Origin: Callorhinchus milii
Taxonomy: Eukaryota
Reading direction: 5' to 3'
Assembly (NCBI RefSeq): GCF_018977255.1
Contig: NW_024704743.1
Coordinates: forward strand, 112,470,001 to 112,534,000
Length of the DNA stretch: 64,000 bases
Under the pieces are notes generated by a model, which worked only from the letters and a program-made list of their open reading frames with translations, was not told the DNA's origin and did no database searches. The first letter of the stretch is position 1; each line of letters opens with the position of its first letter. This document shows, one piece after another, positions 11,298 to 24,229 of this stretch. Position numbers and translations under genes: made by a program.

Positions 11298-11600
11298 GTA
11301 GAACCATAAAAGTTTATGGCACAAAAAAGCCATTTGTCCCATGACTGTGCCGGCTCCTTAAAGAGCAATCCTTGCAGTCACATTTACCTACCCTTTCCCT
11401 GTATACCTCTCCTTTTTAAAGTATGTGTGGCGATCCCTTTTGAAAACTGGCATAATATGGATTGTGTCTGAACCATCACTCCCAGGAGGGTATTCAATTA
11501 TTCGAACTGCTCTGTGTGTGAAAACATTTTTCCTAACCTCCCTATTTGCTCGTTTAATAAGTATCTTAAATTGATGCCCTCCAGTCACTGACTCATTGAA
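11298..11600 (-). mobile_element. CR1 LINE 3' end
   Basis: ESVTGGHQFKILIKRANREVRKNVFTHRAVRI resembles the CR1 ORF2 C-terminus. Confidence 0.7.
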
Positions 11601-11871
11601 GTGAAACCAAAGTGTCCAAATGGGCCACAATCCGATGTTCAGTAATTAACCCTAAATGGTTCAATTGCATCTGACATTGTCTCATCTCTCAGTGAAAATG
11701 AGATTTCCTTTTACTATTTTGTGTTTCGCCCACCAAAATATACAATCAATTCACTTTACAGAATATTCTGTGAAGCGCTTTGAGATGTCTCAAATACGTG
11801 ATAAGGCGCTATATCAAATGCAAGGATTATTATTATTTTATTCTTTCTTAGTTGTAAAACTAGAAAGAAAT

Positions 11872-12572
11872 TAAGCCAGTCAGGAACCTAAGAGTCTTGT
11901 TCGACCCTCAACTGTTTTCTCCCCCCCCATATCCGTGCCATGACCGCTCTGCCTTCCCCATCTCCACAAGGTTGCACGACTCCACCACTGCCTCACCCCT
12001 CAGGCCGCTGAAACCCTCATTCATGCTTTCATTACATCCAGGCTCCACTATGCCAACGCCCTGCTTGTCAGCCTCCCCAACTCCTCCCTCCTTAAGTTGC
12101 AGATATCCAGAACTCTGCAGCTTGTGTCTTCTCCCGCACTAGGCTCCACGACCCTTTCACCCCCATCCTTGCCCAACCCCACTGGCTTCCCATCACACAG
12201 AGGATACAGTTCAAGATCCTGGACCACACTTTCAAAGCACTCCATGGCCTTGTTCCCCCCTACCTCTGTGACCTCCTAACCCCCTACCAAACTTCCCACT
12301 CCCTCTACTCAGTGGGCTCCAGCCTGCTCCACGTCCTCGCCTCATCTGCCACCCTCAGCCACTTCACCTCACCCCCTCCCTTGCCTTTTTCAAGACTCAT
12401 CTCAAGACCCTCCTCTTCGACTGTACCTTTGCCACCCTCCTTCTGCCCTGTTCCCACCCCCACCCTCCCCAAACCCAACCCCCAGCTCAGGTCCAAAACA
12501 CTGATTCTCCAGCACCTTGGGACATCCTCCCAACATGAAAGGCGCTATACAAATTTTATTTTGTTGTTGTTG
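11872..12572 (+). mobile_element. L2 LINE 3' fragment (tail type A)
   Basis: Degenerate ORF2 C-terminus; tail CAGCACCTTGGGACATCCTCCCAACATGAAAGGCGCT followed by (TTG)n. Confidence 0.85.
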
Positions 12573-13014
12573 TAAAGGACACACAAGTGTTTATTTCATT
12601 CCTTGCTGGTTTCAAGAAAATAATCTGCTGCTTCATTCTTCATTACTTCTCAGAAACACTAGACAATGTTGTGAGGGAATCAGTGAAATACAAGCATTGC
12701 ATTGCCAAGCAAATTTCACAGATGGTGCATTATTCCACATTTTGGTTCAGTCGAATCCTTGGAATCAGTAACATGGTTAATAATTGATTCATGTTTCCTT
12801 TCCCATCCTCTGACTACCAGCTGCTATCAGAGCAATGCCCACATACACACCTTACCTGAAGTTTACTGTCCCCAATATATTAATTATGATTTGTGCTATA
12901 GCCTCTGAAGTGAAACATCTGTTTTTGTCTCTTTCCCACAGCCTGCATTAAGAGGTACCTCCCAAAGACCTGCTTATATTCATATTCCATTTGGTGGGTG
13001 CTATTTGGCAAGAA

Positions 13015-13790
13015 ACCGGAAACTCAAACATAGTTTTCAAGTGAGACGGTGATTTACGTGTACTACCACCAAAGTAGTTTGCTGCATTCAATGCTCACAA
13101 CGTGGTCTGCTTTACATTGGGGAGGCAAAACGCAGATTGGGTGACCAATTTGCCTAACACCTCCGTTCTGTCCACAATCACAACCCTGAGCTTCCAGTTT
13201 CTTGCCATTTCAACTCTCCCGCCCACTCACACTCTGACCTCTCCATCCACGGTCTGTTCCAATGAGCTACAGCCCAAGCTTGAGGAATAGCACCTCATTT
13301 ATCTGCTAGGGACCTTACAGCCCTCTGGCCTCAATATTGATTTTAACAATTTAAGACCATAACAGCTCACATTCCCCCTCCCCCTCTTCTGTGACCATTA
13401 CCACATCATCTTGGTCCCAGACATACCTTTTCTCTCTCTGGTCTGCCTATTTTGTTGCAATCTTTCCCTCCCCCCCACCCCCTTCATTCTGCAGTATTAA
13501 CACCTCAATTCCCCTGTTTTGTTGCAATAAACCCCCTTTGTTTTGGATCATTAACACCTCTTTAACCTATCATCCCCTGTCCTCTTCCCCATTTTCTCCT
13601 TTATCTTCCTTGCCCTGCCTCCCCCCGTCTGTTAGCCCTTAAAAGCCTCTCCCTCCCAACATGCCCCATGCACCGAAACGTTGACTCACTTTCCTTTCTC
13701 CATAGATGCTACCTGACCTGCTGAGTGTTCCCAGCGACTTCTGTTTTTGTTTCAGATTTCCAGCATCTGCAGTATTTTGCATTTTGTTTA
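13015..13790 (+). mobile_element. Penelope-like retroelement 3' part (decayed GIY-YIG endonuclease plus terminal repeat)
   Basis: Reads KHSFQVRR*FTCTTTKVVCCIQCSQRGLLYIGEAKRRLGDQFA*HLRSV..PVSCHFN, then after a frameshift KLEE*HLIYLLGTLQPSGLNIDFNN; 3' segment GATGCT.CCTGACCTGCTGAGTG...CCAGCATCTGCAG. Confidence 0.85.
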
Positions 13791-13854
13791 CTCTGTAAAG
13801 TGAATTGACTGTATATTTGTGGACAAAACGTGGCAGCTAATTGCATACAGCAAT

Positions 13855-14317
13855 ATGTCTGTTAGTAAATATGGCAGCCAATTTTCCACACGGCAATATG
13901 TCACAAACAGCCATGAAACGAACGACCAATTTTATTGGGGGAATAGAGAGAGCTGGGAAGCTCAGCAGGTCAAGCAGCATCCATGGAGAAAGGAAAGTGA
14001 GTCAACGTTTCAGGTCAACGACCCGTTGTCAGTTCAGATTCTAGCATCTGCAGTATTTTGTGTTTTATTGGGGGAATTGTTGGCCAAGACACCAGGCGAA
14101 ATTCCCTTTTTTTTTGAATAGTGCCAAGGGATCTTTTACATTTCATCTGACGATTTAATATCTCACCTGAAGCACGACACCTCCAGCGATGCAGCACATC
14201 CTGAGCACTGCATTGGAGTGTCCGTCTGGACTATATGACTTCCAAATCTCAACGTGCGGATTGAACCCACAACCTTCTGATTCAGAAGCGAGAATGCTAC
14301 CAACTGAGCCTGGCTGA
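13855..14317 (-). mobile_element. Deu-type tRNA-headed SINE, interrupted by a Penelope terminal fragment (~13945-14068)
   Basis: Head CAGCCAGGCTCAGTTGGTAGC..GGTTCAATCC; body CCAATGCAGTGCTCAGG..GGAGGTGTCGTGCTTCAGGTGAGA..AAAAGATCCCTTGGCACTATT resembles the SacSINE1/AmnSINE1 Deu domain. Confidence 0.75.
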
Positions 14318-15534
14318 TTTTGACTAGCTTGAATTCTGAATAAAAAGGCACATGTCCAAAAGCTCTTTAAAAAGCTGTTTCCCGGGTGGGGTGGATTACT
14401 CTTTGCTCCAATCTTGGGAAACTCTTTTCCCCTTCTCTGGTTGCCAGGTCTAACCCCTCTGTCAGTGGACCTCTTGCACGCCAGGCTGTGACAGAATGTT
14501 TCGCTTTCCACCTGCTGAATGACTGTGCTGAGCATATGTATCTCCTCTGGACTATCTGAATGCAACTGAACTGGTGTAAAACTCCCCGCTAACTATTTTT
14601 CACTAATAACTCTTTCACTTTTGTCAACTGGAATTTTGATCTTATTCTTGTTTATGGGAATGTCAGGACGACATGTGCTGGCTGATGCTGGTATTTGATG
14701 CTGACTGTTGTTAAATCTTCCTGCTGGAAAAATGAAGAAGTACTTCTGGTGACTATTTAGTTCAGAGCTCAAGTAAAGACTATCACCTGTTGTTGTGAGA
14801 TTTTTATCTGTGGTGTAAAATGCTTTTAAAAGTGTATTTTTATGTAGATGAACGAAAGGATGAACATTTTAATTTATTCCAATTATTTACTGACTGCAGC
14901 CGTATGCTCATTTTGGTTATATTACTATTTCTAGCAAAGCATATAAGACTTTTCCAGCTGGGATAACTGTTACTTCTTGCTTGAGTGTGAAGGGAAGCCA
15001 AATATGCACATAAATCTCTCAGAGGGTTATTCTGCTCCATTTACTGTGTGTACTTATTCTTTTGATGTCTGCTTATAATGGGAAATAAGCACACATCGAA
15101 AGAACTGTTGTATCATATTTTGAAACAGAGCAGCATAACCTCCTAAGTAAGACATGTCTTATCATGTTTGTCTAGAAATTATCTTTTGTTACCCTAATTC
15201 TCGTTCTCTGCTATTTTTGGCATATTTGAGATCAACCCACATGTGGGCCTTCTGAGCAAGCCGTTATACTAAGTGGACTAAGTGTAATTAATACAAATTT
15301 CCAGATAAGTCTGTTAATTTTAGCTCATTGTCAGCCTGCCTCAGTTAGTAACACTCTTGTCTCCGAGTCAGAGGATTGTGGACTCAAATCCCTTATTGGG
15401 ATTTGGACCTCACACTCCTAGCTTTGGCTGATGATCCAGTGCAGTGCTGGGGAGTGCTGTTAAAGATCATGTGCCACTACTTAAAATAGAAGGGATTTTC
15501 TCCCTGTGTTGTGACATAGATTAAAAAAAGGTTA

Positions 15535-15652
15535 CCCAAAACGTTGACTCACTTTCCTATCTCCATAGATGCTGCCTGACCTGCTGAGTGTTCCCAGCAA
15601 CTTCTGTTTTTGTTTCAGATTTCCAGCATCTGCAGTATTTTGCGTTTTGTTT
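15535..15652 (+). mobile_element. Penelope terminal-repeat fragment
   Basis: Near-identical to 13673-13790. Confidence 0.8.
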
Positions 15653-16691
15653 ATACTGTAATGTGAATTAACTGTATATTTGTGGGCAAAACGTGGCAGC
15701 CAATTGCGCACAGCAGTGTCCCACAAATAGTTGTGGATTGAGTGACCAATTTACTATTGTTTTTTTTCTTGAGGGATTATTATCAGGCGAGTGGAATAAG
15801 GAAACTTGCCCAAGGTTTTGCAAGTTTTGCAACCTCGGAATTCTGTTCCGACACTGAGCTGTCTTTCTTCCTCATATCCGTGCCACACCGCCTTCCATCA
15901 CCGCCAAAACATCGCCAGACTACAGCACTACCTCACCCCTCACGCTGCTGAAACTCTGGTCCACCCCTTTATCACCTCAAGGCTGGACTATGGGAACTCT
16001 CTCCTCGTCGGCCTTCCCGGCACCTCCCTCCACAAGCTGCAGGTCATTCAGAACTCTGCAGCTCGTGTACTGTCCCGCACCAGGCTTCGGGACCACATCA
16101 CTCCCACCCTCGCTCGCCTCCACTGGCTCCCCATCCCCCAGAGGATCGATTTCAAGATCCTCATCCTCACCTACAAGGCCATTCATGGCTTTGCTCCCTC
16201 CTACCTCGCCAACCTACTACCCCCCTACCTACCTGCCCGTACCCTCCGTTCCTCTGGCTCCGGTCTGCTCCACATCCCCCGCCCCAACCGCCCTACCATC
16301 GGTGGCGGGGCCTTCAGCTTCTCAGCCCCTAGGCTCTGGAACTCCATCCTCCAGTGCCTTCGCCTTGCTTCCTCCCTTTCCTCCTTCAAGGCCAGTCTCA
16401 AGACCTTTCTCTTCGACCGTGCCTTCAGCTCCCCTCTCGACTCTCTACCCCCTCCTCGCTCCCTCCCTTCCCTTCCCTCCTCGCTCCCTCCCTTCCCTCC
16501 CCTCACCCTGACCATTTCCCCCTGCTCGGGTCCTGACCCAACTGTCCAGCGCCTTGGGACGTCCTCCCGACATGAAAGGCGCTCTATAAATGGAATCTTG
16601 TTATTGTTGTTGTTGTTTTGCCCTGCCGGGAATCAAACCTAGGTTTCTCGCTTGCAAGGCGAGTGCTCTAACCACTGAGCTACAAGACTCC
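15653..16691 (-). mobile_element. tRNA-headed SINE split by an L2 insertion
   Basis: Body at 15653-15820 and head at 16621-16691 are contiguous in intact copies such as 23200-23509. Confidence 0.85.
15829..16620 (+). mobile_element. Young 5'-truncated L2 LINE with open ORF2 C-terminus
   Basis: NIARLQHYLTPHAAETLVHPFITSRLDYGNSLL...LHWLPIPQRIDFKILILTYKAIHG...SAPRLWNS...FKASLKTFLFDRAF; (TTG)n tail. Confidence 0.93.
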
Positions 16692-18194
16692 ACGCTACAG
16701 GACTTTCTGCTTTCAAATATATTGTCTGGCTTTCTTTCGTAAATGTGCCGTGTCTACAGAGATGGAATGTGTCAGCATAGCTGTTGCAGCTGTTTTATGC
16801 TCAGTTTATTCTGTTTTTTGTGGAATCACTGCAATAAACCTAATATAATTGAGTTTGAGCTGCACACAATCTAAAAGCAAATGGTGTTGGAATGTGGTAA
16901 CCAAGACCATCTTGGCAACACATCAATTTGGTCCTCTGCAAATTTCAACCTCAATTTGACAAACTTCTTCTTGGCAGGACTGGCAGTCAGGTCTTGCATT
17001 GATGGTCACAAATGTATTATAATGTTACTGAACATCTGACCCCACTGTTGCAAGCCAGAGTAACCAACAGATAAGTTCAGGATTAACACATGATGCTGAA
17101 ATTGCCAATTTACCTGGAATCAACAGATTCATACCTGAACAGGGTGCTCGTATCCAATGTAAGATACACTGGTGCAGTCTCTTGGACACTGTAGAAAGGA
17201 ACAGATTGATTTTGTCTGCAGTCTAATTCTTAAGCAGAAGCTGCAAAGAGGTCCATTTTGTACCAGGTCTCTTGAAGAGCATTTTATCATTGAATAAATA
17301 AATGATAAGGCAACTTTTTACAGAAGTGCCAAAATTTTGGCTGCACAATTCTACGTGCAAGCCAGGGAACATGTAGCAATGTATGAGTGTCCTCCTCACC
17401 CCAGCCCCATGTAACTTTTAGTCTTACCATCAAATAAGATCGTCAGCGCCTTGGGACGTCCTCCTGACGTGAAAGGCGCTTTATAAATGGAATCTTGTTG
17501 TTGTTGTTGTTGATTAATAGACATGAATAGCCTGACAGATCCCAACGGTAAGGTAATGAAAAACCATTTGTTCCATCCTGGAGTAACTGCCTTAACCAAC
17601 GCAATTTTCATCTTAACGAATATATTTATCAGCCTTACACCATGTATTCTGAAAATAATGGTACATTTAATCAACTAATTAAGAATACACAGTTCAGAGA
17701 TTTCTCCCACTGTGTGCTTTCAACTGATCTGGCTCTGAACATGTACAGACATTCTGTTACAATCTATAAATCACTCAGTGTTAGCATCGTTAGACTGGAT
17801 TGGGAAAAACACAAAGCCAGAATATAAAAAAAACACCCTTCAGAAGGGGAAACTCCATGTCATTTCATGGACAAAGCCATGTTCCTTCTTTACCTGTATG
17901 GCTATTGAGAGGGTGAAGAGAGGGACACACTGAAGGCTTCTTGGATTAGGACCTTTCATTCTTACCCTAAAGTAAACCTTTTTAAAGGGACAGTCCAATG
18001 ATATAAAGGCAACAGACCGAGAAAGTTGGAGTTGACTGAACACAGAGCAAAGAGCCAGAAGATGGGAGAAAGACAGAGGTAGGAGATTGTAGAACTCGTG
18101 TCATGAGATGAAGAAAGGCAGAGATGAGGAACATAAAGATAGAGCCAGGAGATGGAGACAGACAGAGTTGGGGAACATAGAGATAGATAACAAA

Positions 18195-18646
18195 CTTGAT
18201 AGAGTTTTTGATGAAGTAACAGAGAGGATGGATGAAGACAGTGCAGTTGATGTAGTTTATATGGTTTTTGAAAAGGCGTTTGATAAAGTGCCACTTAAGA
18301 GAGACTTGTAAGCAAAATACAAGCCCACGGTACTAAAGGGACAGTGGCAGCATGGATACTGGCTGGGAGACAGAAAGAAGAGAGTGGTGGTGAACAGTTG
18401 TTTTTTTCTGATTGGAGGGAAGTGTGCCATGGTGTTCCCCAGGGGTCAGTATTGGGACCACTGCCGTTTTTCATCTGTATAAATGACCTGGACTTGGGTA
18501 TAGAGTGTACAATTTCCAAGTTTGAAGATGATACTAAGCTAGGAAAGGTAGCAAACAGTGAGGAGAATAGTAGCATACTGCAAATGGACATAGACAGACG
18601 AGTAACATGGGCAGGCATGTGGCAGATGAAGTTTAATGTGGAAAAA
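18195..18646 (+). mobile_element. CR1 LINE reverse transcriptase fragment
   Basis: VDVVYMVFEKAFDKVP and GVPQGSVLGPL..INDLD..ISKFEDDTKLG..WQMKFNVEK across frameshifts. Confidence 0.9.
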
Positions 18647-18844
18647 TGAGACAGAGCCAGGAGATGGAACACAAAGATTGAACCAAAAGGTGAAGACCCA
18701 CACAGATGTGGAACACAGAGATGAATTTATAGATTGAGTTGAAAAGTCCCTGTCTGGAAAATGGTAACAACAGTGGAAACATTGTACCAGGGAGAGTTCC
18801 TCGGGATGTGAAATATATCTCCATGCAAGAAGACCCATAACGTT

Positions 18845-19150
18845 ACAACAACAACAACAACAACTTGCATTTATATAGCACTTTCCACTCCAGGCAGTGT
18901 CCCAGAGCACTTAACAATGGTGGAGCTCGATGCGAGTTGGGCAGGGGGAAGGCGACCATAGGCACGGTCAAAGATGAAGGTCTTCAGGTGCGACCTGAAA
19001 ATGGAGAAAGAGGGGGCAGGCAAAGGGATTGAAGGAGGGAGTTCCATAGCTTTGGAGCATAGCGGCTGAAGGCATGGCTGCCGATGGTGGAGCGGAGGAT
19101 TCGAGGGACAAGGAGGAGGCTGGACCAGTAGAGCGGAGACAGCAGGTAGT
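18845..19150 (-). mobile_element. L2 LINE 3' end (tail type B)
   Basis: (CAA)n CTTGCATTTATATAGC tail and ORF2 remnant. Confidence 0.75.
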
Positions 19151-19364
19151 TTACTTTAGTTATAACAACAGAGATGGCTCTGAGATGACAAGAGCCATCT
19201 GCTCCACCCTGGTCTTATTCTGTGCTAGGCAAACCTCTTGTGAAACAAAGAGAGATAATGAACAGGTACCAGTTCATGTGAAGAACATTGATAAACTTCA
19301 TATTCACTTTACATCCAGCTCTCTGTCCCTGTCATACTACTGTCAGTTATAACAGTCCATAGTC

Positions 19365-20203
19365 AACAACAACATCAACAACAAAATTACATTTGTAAAG
19401 TGCCTTTCAAATTGGGAGGATGTCCTAAGACACTGGACAATGTTTTGGACCCGAGCTGGGGGTCGGGAGCGTGGGAGGCAGGGGAGGAAGGAGGGTGACC
19501 AAAGGCACGGTCAAAGAGGAGGGGCTTGAGATGGGTTTTAAAGAAGGCAAGGGAGGGTCAAGGCGGAGTTCCAGAGAATGGGGGCAGAGTGGCAGAATGC
19601 CTGCCCACCAATGGTGGGGCGGGCGAGGCAGGAGACGTGAAGCAGGCCGGAGCCCGCTGAGTGGAGGGAGTGGGCAGGTTGGTAGGGGTTAGGAGGTCAC
19701 AGAGGTAGGGGGGGAGAAAGGCCACGGTGGCTTTGAAGGTGAGTACCAGGATCTTGAACAGTGTCTTCTGTGTGAAAGGAAGCCAGTGGAGTCGGGCGAG
19801 GATGGAGGTGAGAGGATTGTGGAGCCTAGTGTGGGAGAGGACACAGGCTGCAGAGTTCTGAATGATCTGCAGCCTATGGAGGGAGGAGTTCGGGAGGCCA
19901 TAAGCAGGGAGTTTGCATGGTCAAGCCTGGTTGTTATGAATGTGTGTATGAGGGTCTCGGTGGCCTGTGGTGTGAGACAGTGGCGGAGCCGGGTGATGTT
20001 GCGGAGGTGGGGGAAGGCAGAGTGGGACATGGCGCAGATGTGGGTAAAAAGGAAAGTGGAGGGTAAAACAAGACCCCAAGGTTCCGGACTGGCTTAGTAA
20101 GGTGGAGTGTGCAACCATGGATGGTGATGCTGTCAGCGCCTGAGGTGCGGAGGCGCTGACGAGAGCCAATCAGGAGAGCCTCAGTCTTGTTGACATTCAA
20201 CTG
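19365..20203 (-). mobile_element. L2 LINE 3' fragment (tail type A)
   Basis: LNVNKTEALLIGSR, HLRNITRLRHCLTPQATETLIHTFITTRLDHANSLL; type A tail. Confidence 0.9.
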
Positions 20204-20302
20204 TCAGTGAGAAAGCTTAATTGAATCATAACTAATCTTTTACAGATATCAAATAGACTTGGATGTATTAAAGGAAAGGAATTACAGTGATTTTCTACAA
20301 AC

Positions 20303-22999
20303 TTTATTTCTCATTCATGAAAAGCAGAAGAAATGCAACTACATTAATATTAATATTTAAACAATCAGCTTTCCATCGATAAGGTAGATGACATACATAG
20401 TGCTACAGTTTAAGTACACTGGGGTAGAAATTTCACCTGGCTCAGTTTACTGTGTTAACATTATTATTATTATTGCTATTATAGCATTTCAAAGAGCCCA
20501 AAATATGGCAAATTGTTATCTTTAATGCCCTTTTTCTGCAATTTTTGAAAAAAAATCAAAGAAAAGTGGCTTCAAAATTAATGACTGGATAGTATTTAAG
20601 AATCTAACAAGTTCTGGATGCTCTGAGATGCTGCACCAATACAGTAAATCTAGACTTGGGTGGAATTTTAACCAAGCAGGTTTCAAAAATATTTTAAATA
20701 TAAACACAATCAGTAATATTAGTATATTTGGTAACATACAGAATAGAGCAATACAAAAATCAATCCAAATATGTTCCAATTGCTCAGGAAGATTTACCAA
20801 GTTCCCAGACAATTTCTTCAGCCTTTGTCCATGTTTAGACATGTTAGTAAACCAAGGGTCCTAGATCGTTGCACAAACCTATATTGTACATGTTGCAGTT
20901 GTATTGCTCAGCTTCTGAAGACTAATTCCAAACCGCTGAGTATTTTTGTGCATGCTTTTAAACACATGCAACTGCAGATATATAATTCTTTACTATTGTG
21001 CCTGTCTATTCAGTGACCTTCATTAGCTGACAATAATAATACATTGTGCACAGGGGACGGAAAAATAACTCTGGTTCAAAAGGAAATTAAATTGCTAACT
21101 TCAAACCAGAGTGACTGGAAACATCACTGTTGATAAAGTAAAGCGGAACTGAGTGGCAATGCGCCCAGACTTATATTGCTAACTCTTACCCTTGAGTCGT
21201 GTCTGCTTGTCAAAACTACCGAAAACCGACTTACAAGTTATGTCTAACTTTCCAAAATTCTGCACAATCTTAAATTTTAACACAATGCTTTAAAGGTTAA
21301 GACAATGAGAAATATTGAGCTACAAACAACAATTTAATCGGCATCTGAAAGAGGTAACGTTTCAGTTCTGTTAAATGTTCACATCCCAAACGCTAACCTA
21401 TTGTTCTTTCTAACCTTTAACCATTAGTACTGTGAGACTTCACTCCCATTCACAAGGAAGTACCTGCTGGTAAAATGAAACTAAATGCAGCAATAAACTA
21501 TGGGATTGCATTGTGGGGGTGGGATGGGAGGTTTGCTAACTGTTCCCTTTTACAGCAATCTATGCACATATTTGTACTTGGTTAATGTAAAATTGAAATT
21601 GCTCTAAAGTGTAAATGTGCATAAATATTTAACGGGAAAATAATAGTAAGTGGGATTTGACGAAATGAAAAAACATTCTGAGATAGAAACAGAAAGAAAT
21701 GGAGGAACTATAGATAAATGTAACAAAATAACTTTATAGTGCTCTATCACTTTGAAATGTCTCAAAGCGCTTCACAAGTAATTACTGTTACGTACGTACG
21801 TGTATGTGTCGGATGCTTTTTAGGCAGCAAAACACCAGCAAAGCCCCCAAAACAGCAATGAGGTGACGATGTCTACAACACCATTGGAATAGAGTGACAA
21901 TGAGCTCAAGGCTCAGGACTTGAACCCATATTGCTCTAACTCAGAGTGTAACAAACTGAGCCAAGCTGTCATTTAAAAACTGCTTGATGCTGTGATGGGG
22001 TGTGAAGACAGTGCGATGGGTGCTGTGGAAGAATGAGATCAGATGGGCCTTAGTTGATTCGAACTAATCCTGTGATCTTGTTATGCACAATTTTTACATT
22101 TTTGTGAGAGAGAAAAAACAAGACATGAGCAGTGAACATGTAAAATGAGAATAAGTGGAATCCTCTATAAACGGTGCAGGAATGAAAATAATCCATACAT
22201 AGCACAAGAACCTGCTTGTGTGCTACCTGAAACTACCACTGTGTTTGTAACATTGAGCTGCCTGAAGCTACATCAGTAAATTCCCTTTGTTATTTTATGA
22301 CCTTATGATGATTTACAGCAAAAAAAAGACAAGTGATCAAAATGAGGATCACGTCAATCTTTAGCACCTGTTGTTTTTAATATTCATTGTAAGTACCTAA
22401 CCATTGTGCATGCCCGACACAACAAAAATGTGCCTGTTGAATAGCAGTTTTGTTAAATAATGTTTTTTTTAGCACCATAAGAGGTTGTAATGGTTGAGTT
22501 GCCACTGTTACTCAGGGATTATTTTTGTAATTTGTTACTGTATGACATTAGCATTCTACAAGCCAGTATCTCACCAAGGTGCAAACATATACATACCCGT
22601 TATATTTAAATACTGTTCTGACTCAGTAATACAATATTGATTCATGCGCAAAACATATTGTAAACTGCTTTCTATTCTCATCTTCTCATTATATTAAATA
22701 AAATGTGGCAAAAATGTACCGTGCTGTTTTTCTTCCATAAATACTGTGCTTTGTGTTGATAAAATAAATTCTGCATTTTATACATGAGCTGTTTTGGTGA
22801 AATAAAAAAGCAAGGAAAGTGATATTATTTACGCATCTGTAAAGTGATACCTTTAAAGAGAAATGTCAGTGATAATAATGGTACATTAACGCAAGCTTGT
22901 TCTGCTAAGAACAGGTAGATAAGTATCCCTTATGCTGAATAGCAATTATTTTGAGGAACCTTAATGCTGCATGGTGTGAATCTTCCATACACCAATGGA
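20303..22999 (-). other. PI15: Probable long PI15 3' UTR
   Basis: AT-rich, largely repeat-poor stretch after the stop codon; minus-strand AATAAA at 20303-20308. True end unverified. Confidence 0.4.
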
Positions 23000-23135
23000 T
23001 CACTTGAACCAGTACAAATAGTTAGATGTCATTCTTGGGAAACATAGATTGTTATTGCAGAAGCCTCCATAACTTGGTGGACAGGCTGAACATGGTACTC
23101 CAACTTTATAGGGTGCTTCTCCAATCCAATTTCCC
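23000..23135 (-). CDS. PI15: Peptidase inhibitor 15, last coding exon (136 nt including TGA)
   Basis: Translates [50 protein letters not shown] acceptor. Confidence 0.96.
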
Positions 23136-23199
23136 CTGAAAGAAAAACATTACAATGAGCCATGAATTCACAATGACATTTTGTCTGTGAAGTTGCATC

Positions 23200-23509
23200 A
23201 AATAATAATCCTTGCATTTAATATAATGCTTTTCACGTCTTCTAGACATCTCAAAGAACTTCACAGAATAGACTGTAAAGTGAATCAACTGTATATTTTG
23301 AGGCAAAACCTGGCAGCCAATTGCACACAGCAGTGTCCCACAAACAGTCGTGAATTGAAGTGACCAATTGATTATTGTTTTTTTTTCTTGAAGGATTATT
23401 ATCAGGCGTGTGGAGTAAGTAAACCTGCCCAAGGTTTTGCCCTGCCGGGAATCGAACCCAGGTCTCTAGTTTGCAAGGCAAGTGCCCTAACCAGTGAGTG
23501 ACAGGACTA
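23200..23509 (-). mobile_element. tRNA-headed SINE in the last PI15 intron
   Basis: A/B boxes at the 23460-23509 end; tail GCAAGGATTATT. Confidence 0.85.
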
Positions 23510-24029
23510 CAGAAATGGATCATAAGTGAAAACCATCTGGCCCATCAGATCCCATTCTTCCAGAATATCCAACCTACTGTTGCCCGAACGCTCTAAGATG
23601 GCAGTCTGCATGAAGGGCACTATATAAATGCAAGTTGTTGTTGTTGTCCTAGCATTACAGCATCAAACTGTCTTTTAAATTAGTCCAATAGCCTATCCTC
23701 AACTACCCATTCTAGTAACCTGTTCCAGTCATCAATTGCACACTGGATAAAGAAACATTTTCCAGTGTCTGTCTTGAAATTTTAATTTTCAACCTTAAAC
23801 CTGTACCCTCTTGTCCTTCGTATGAAACTGATCATTCATTTCATAGCTGTTTGTGGGACAATGCCATGTGAAATTAGCTGCTGTATTTCCCTACAAATAC
23901 ATAGTAAATCCTGTGAAACACTTTGAGACGTTTCAATGACATGCTAAGGTATTACATCAAAGGCAAGGATTAATATAAAATCCAGGAAAAAAAATACTGT
24001 AGCACGAGAACTGGAAATTGATGACTTAC

Positions 24030-24145
24030 TTTGGAGAGTAGTTGCACACCAGGTAAACAGCCCGACGCCATGTAGACCCCCAAACATTCATATTGTGGCA
24101 TGTATGGATTGCACAGCCCACTCGATTCGATGTTGCCCAAACCAT
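24030..24145 (-). CDS. PI15: Peptidase inhibitor 15, coding exon 4 (116 nt)
   Basis: Translates [38 protein letters not shown](K); CAG acceptor, GTAAGT donor; preceded by an 84-nt intron. Confidence 0.96.
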
Positions 24146-24229
24146 CTGTAGCAAAACAATTGTCATTAACAATTTTACTTTTTAAGTAAAACATTTATGT
24201 AAAAACTAGAAGTTATTGCATGCTCTTAC

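Noticed and set aside
15806..16642. 278-aa ORF as a host gene
   Set aside because: It is the C-terminus of L2 ORF2 in a 5'-truncated insertion with a non-ATG start.
18051..18670. AGAGCCAG(G/A)AGATGG direct repeats as target-site duplications of the CR1 fragment
   Set aside because: Three copies (about 18051, 18141, 18654) that do not sit at both junctions fit a decayed local tandem repeat better.
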